DNA of 11,174 bases from assembly GCF_006345805.1 (NCBI RefSeq), contig NW_021827416.1, forward strand, positions 1 to 11,174, given 5' to 3'. Below the pieces are notes generated by a model. It saw only the letters and a program-made list of their open reading frames with translations. It was not told the DNA's origin and made no database searches. This DNA is from Octopus sinensis. Its lineage: Eukaryota. The translations under genes were made by a program, and so were the position numbers. Positions 8,963 through 11,174 of this stretch are shown piece after piece (within the stretch, counting starts at the first letter, position 1; each line of letters begins with the position of its first letter).

Positions 8963-9192
8963 CGGCGAGCTGGCAGAATCGTTAGCACGCCGGGCGAAAT
9001 GCTTTGCGGTATTTCGTCTGCCGCTACGTTCTGAGTTCAAATTCCGCCGAGGTCGACTTTGCCTTTCATCCTTTCGGGGTCGATAAATTAAGTACCAGTT
9101 ACGCACTGGGGTTGATGTAATCGACTTAATCCGTTTCTCTGTCCTTGTTTGTCCCTCTGTGTGTAGCCCCTGTTGGTAGTAAAAAAAAACCC
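8963..9192 (+). mobile_element. Chimeric Meta-like SINE (S2): 5' part like S3, 3' part like S1
   Basis: It has the left flank and diagnostic bases of S3 up to T9113, and the diagnostic bases, tail and right flank of S1 from T9130. Confidence 0.88.
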
Positions 9193-9527
9193 ATCTATTC
9201 ACACACGAGAGATGGCCAAGCGTTAAACCTGGAAATATGTATAATGATTACTACTTGTTAGCACAGGGTTGACATCTGAAGGTGGACGAGCTTTTTACTG
9301 TACCCTACTGCGCTCTTAACATAATATACCACAACTATATAAACACATAACACACACACTCACTCACTCACACACCACACACACGCACATGTATATGGTT
9401 GATATATCTGCATAACTATGTTCCAATGAGTGCCTATCAAAAACATTTCCATCGACGAACATCTGGTGCACGGGCCCAACACGCTCCTACGAAACCATCT
9501 GCTCAACGAACGACTAAGCAATATAAA

Positions 9528-9666
9528 ATGTTTTATTTCATATATTGTCTGCTCCAACTCACTTTATTGTATTACATCATCCATCATATGCTATTTGTTT
9601 CTGTACATTCGACGGTTTCAAATTTATGAAATATTGTAACTGCCACAAAACATGCTGTAGTCCTTG
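9528..9666 (+). pseudogene. Second copy of the candidate exon, frameshifted as assembled
   Basis: A 1-bp deletion (CTTTATTGT vs CTTTACTTGT) gives a stop at 9627-9629, and a compensating +1 occurs later. The donor GTAAGT at 9667 is intact. The indels may be sequencing errors. Confidence 0.35.
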
Positions 9667-9714
9667 GTAAGTTGATTTACTTTCTGAGAGAAAAGTTGGT
9701 ATCTCATTCTGCCG

Positions 9715-9941
9715 CGGCGAGGCTGGCAGAATCGTTAGCACGCCGGGCGAAATGCTTTGCGGTATTTCGTCTGCCGCTACGTTCTGAGTTCAAATTCCGC
9801 CGAGGTCGACTTTGCCTTTCATCTTTGGGGTCGATAAATAAGTACCAGTTACGCACTGGGGTTGATGTAATCGACTTAAACCCTTTGTCTGTCCTTGTTT
9901 CTCCTCTCTGTGTTTAGCCCCTTGTGGGTAGTAAAGAAATA
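9715..9941 (+). mobile_element. Full-length monomeric Meta-like SINE (S3) with 17-bp TSD
   Basis: Perfect TSD GGTATCTCATTCTGCCG at 9698-9714 and 9942-9958. Head, core and AAAGAAATA tail are present. Confidence 0.92.
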
Positions 9942-10044
9942 GGTATCTCATTCTGCCGATACATTTGACAAACTGCATGTATTTATTGATCTATGTGTTA
10001 AGGGATTTCTCTGGCTGTCTCCTCATTTGCTATTTTCGTTTCAG

Positions 10045-10064
10045 AGCAGCCAGCCGTAAATTAA
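10045..10064 (+). other. Candidate second exon (short terminal exon EQPAVN*, or an 11-nt microexon 10045-10055)
   Basis: Branch-like CTCAT (10022-10026), pyrimidine tract and TTTCAG acceptor ending at 10044. Phase-1 joining gives E-Q-P-A-V-N-stop, with AATAAA at 10063-10068. The alternative is a weak donor GTAAAT at 10056. Confidence 0.3.
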
Positions 10065-10110
10065 TAAATTAATTCTATATTTTCCAAACGTAGCAAACAA
10101 GATTTCCAGA

Positions 10111-10142
<32 letters not shown>

Positions 10143-10156
10143 ATATCTATATATAT

Positions 10157-10344
10157 GACCGCGTGTGTACCGTTGGCGATTTTTTTCCTCTGTCTTCCCT
10201 TCTCTGGATCTTTCCTTCTCCTATACTTCCGACGAAGAGCTCCGCTCGAAACGTTAAAAACCCTCCTTCTTTCCTTCTTTCCTGAGCGTCCAATAATACT
10301 ATATTTGTCCACGTCCTCGCGTTTTTTGTGTTTTCATATTTGGA

Positions 10345-10348
<4 letters not shown>
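10157..10348 (+). mobile_element. Probable Penelope-like element terminal-repeat remnant between (TA)n tracts
   Basis: Contains CCGACGAAGAGCTCCGCTCGAAACGTT, which resembles the CTGANGAAG...CGAAACG signature recalled from Penelope-like termini, with pyrimidine-rich flanks. No RT or GIY-YIG ORF in the window. Confidence 0.5.
10227..10257 (+). ncRNA. Minimal type-I hammerhead ribozyme-like motif (degenerate)
   Basis: CCGACGA (10229-10235; CUGANGA with U4C), extra A, stem II GAGC/GCTC with TCC loop, GAAA (10248-10251), palindromic ACGT stem III and GUU cleavage triplet. Stem I has only 2 bp here. Confidence 0.45.
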
Positions 10349-10400
<52 letters not shown>

Positions 10401-10427
10401 GTGTGGTGTGTGTGTGTGTGTGTGTGT
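10349..10427. repeat. (TA)n then (TG)n microsatellite
   Basis: Directly visible. Confidence 0.95.
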
Positions 10428-11174
10428 CAGAAGGAATTCTAAAGTTTTCTCAACGGAAAGTAGAAGCGACACCAAAATGAGGAAATTTGTACACGCAAAA
10501 GAAGTGAATATTAAATTGCAACTAGACACTGGTAGCGACATCTCGATTATTAATACCAACACGTGGAAGAGAACTGGGAAATCTACGTTATGAAAAACAT
10601 CAAAAACTACACGAGGCGTGTAGTTTTTGGTGTTCGTAGGCGAAATGTGGAGTGATATCACATTTTTGGGAAAAACCTGTAGAGCAAAAGTTTTCATGGT
10701 AAAAAACGCAACCAATCCGTTCGGTACGGATCGGTTGGAGTTGTTTAATTTATGGGACCTCTCCATAAGTCTGTAGTGTAAAAATATATGGCTATCCCAC
10801 CATTGAAAACTCAGCAGCTAAATTGAAGAAAAATCTTAAAAACTTGTTTCCTGAAGTGTTGTCGGATAAATTTGGTCTCTGTTCTAAGACTAAGGCCTGT
10901 TTTCAAATAAAGGAAAACGTCGTACCTGTACTCAAAAGGTACCATTCGCTGCGATAAAGCAGGTAGAGCAAGAATTAGAAAGAATGGAGAAATTGGGATA
11001 TATTCAAAAAGTAGATTATTCTAAGCGGGCTGCACCAACTGTGTGTATTAAAAAAATAATAAAATTCGGCTGTGTGGCGATTTTTTTTCCGGTTTGAAAG
11101 ATTGTCTAAAAATGAGCCACCATCTACTGCCTATTCCGGAGGAGGTTTTTGCGAAATTAAATGGTGGCAAAATA
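10428..11174 (+). mobile_element. Degenerate Ty3/Gypsy LTR-retrotransposon pol relic (aspartic protease plus RT N-terminus), continuing beyond the window
   Basis: Protease motif KLQLDTGSDISII (DTG at 10525-10533), then FVGE...FGTD.LELFNLWD. Further on KVPFAAIKQVEQELERMEKLGYIQKVDYSK.AAPTV.IKK, IRLCGDF (11064-11084) and LPIPEEVFAKLNGGK. Multiple stops and frameshifts. The protease-then-RT order fits Gypsy. Confidence 0.9.

Larger units (their letters stand above)
8362..9863 (+). repeat. Tandem duplication of a ~750-bp unit (8362-9113 and 9114-9863)
   Basis: The two units align end to end, including unique sequence. The differences are almost all 1-2-bp indels. Confidence 0.92.

Noticed and set aside
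8206-9941. CRISPR-like or other repeat-spacer array
   Set aside because: The repeats are ~230-bp SINEs, the spacers are identical duplicates rather than unique, and the context is eukaryotic with no cas genes.
8199-9978. Repeated ORFs containing TPVRNWYL...KDERQSRPRRNLNSER
   Set aside because: They are antisense translations of the SINE core, recurring only because the SINE recurs.

Overview
Eukaryotic, AT-rich, repeat-dominated DNA. It is most likely octopus/cephalopod, inferred from the recalled tRNA-derived SINE families and the heavy (ATT)n/(TA)n/(GA)n/(CA)n load. There is no complete recognisable host gene, and most ORFs in the supplied track are microsatellite or SINE artefacts. The window holds about ten tRNA-derived SINE copies or fragments (a Meta/MESC-like family as monomers and dimers, and CORE-like families), a 5'-truncated mariner transposase relic (6533-6930), a ~293-bp MITE with long TIRs (7866-8158), a probable Penelope-like terminus with a minimal hammerhead-like fold (~10157-10348), and a degenerate Ty3/Gypsy protease-RT relic running off the right end. 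The most informative structure is a ~750-bp tandem duplication (~8362-9863). Its junction is a chimeric SINE whose switch point maps to a 16-bp window (9114-9129). The duplicated unit carries a candidate signal-peptide/Cys-rich first coding exon with a perfect GTAAGT donor, and a plausible acceptor lies at 10044. Family names rest on recalled motifs, not database searches.
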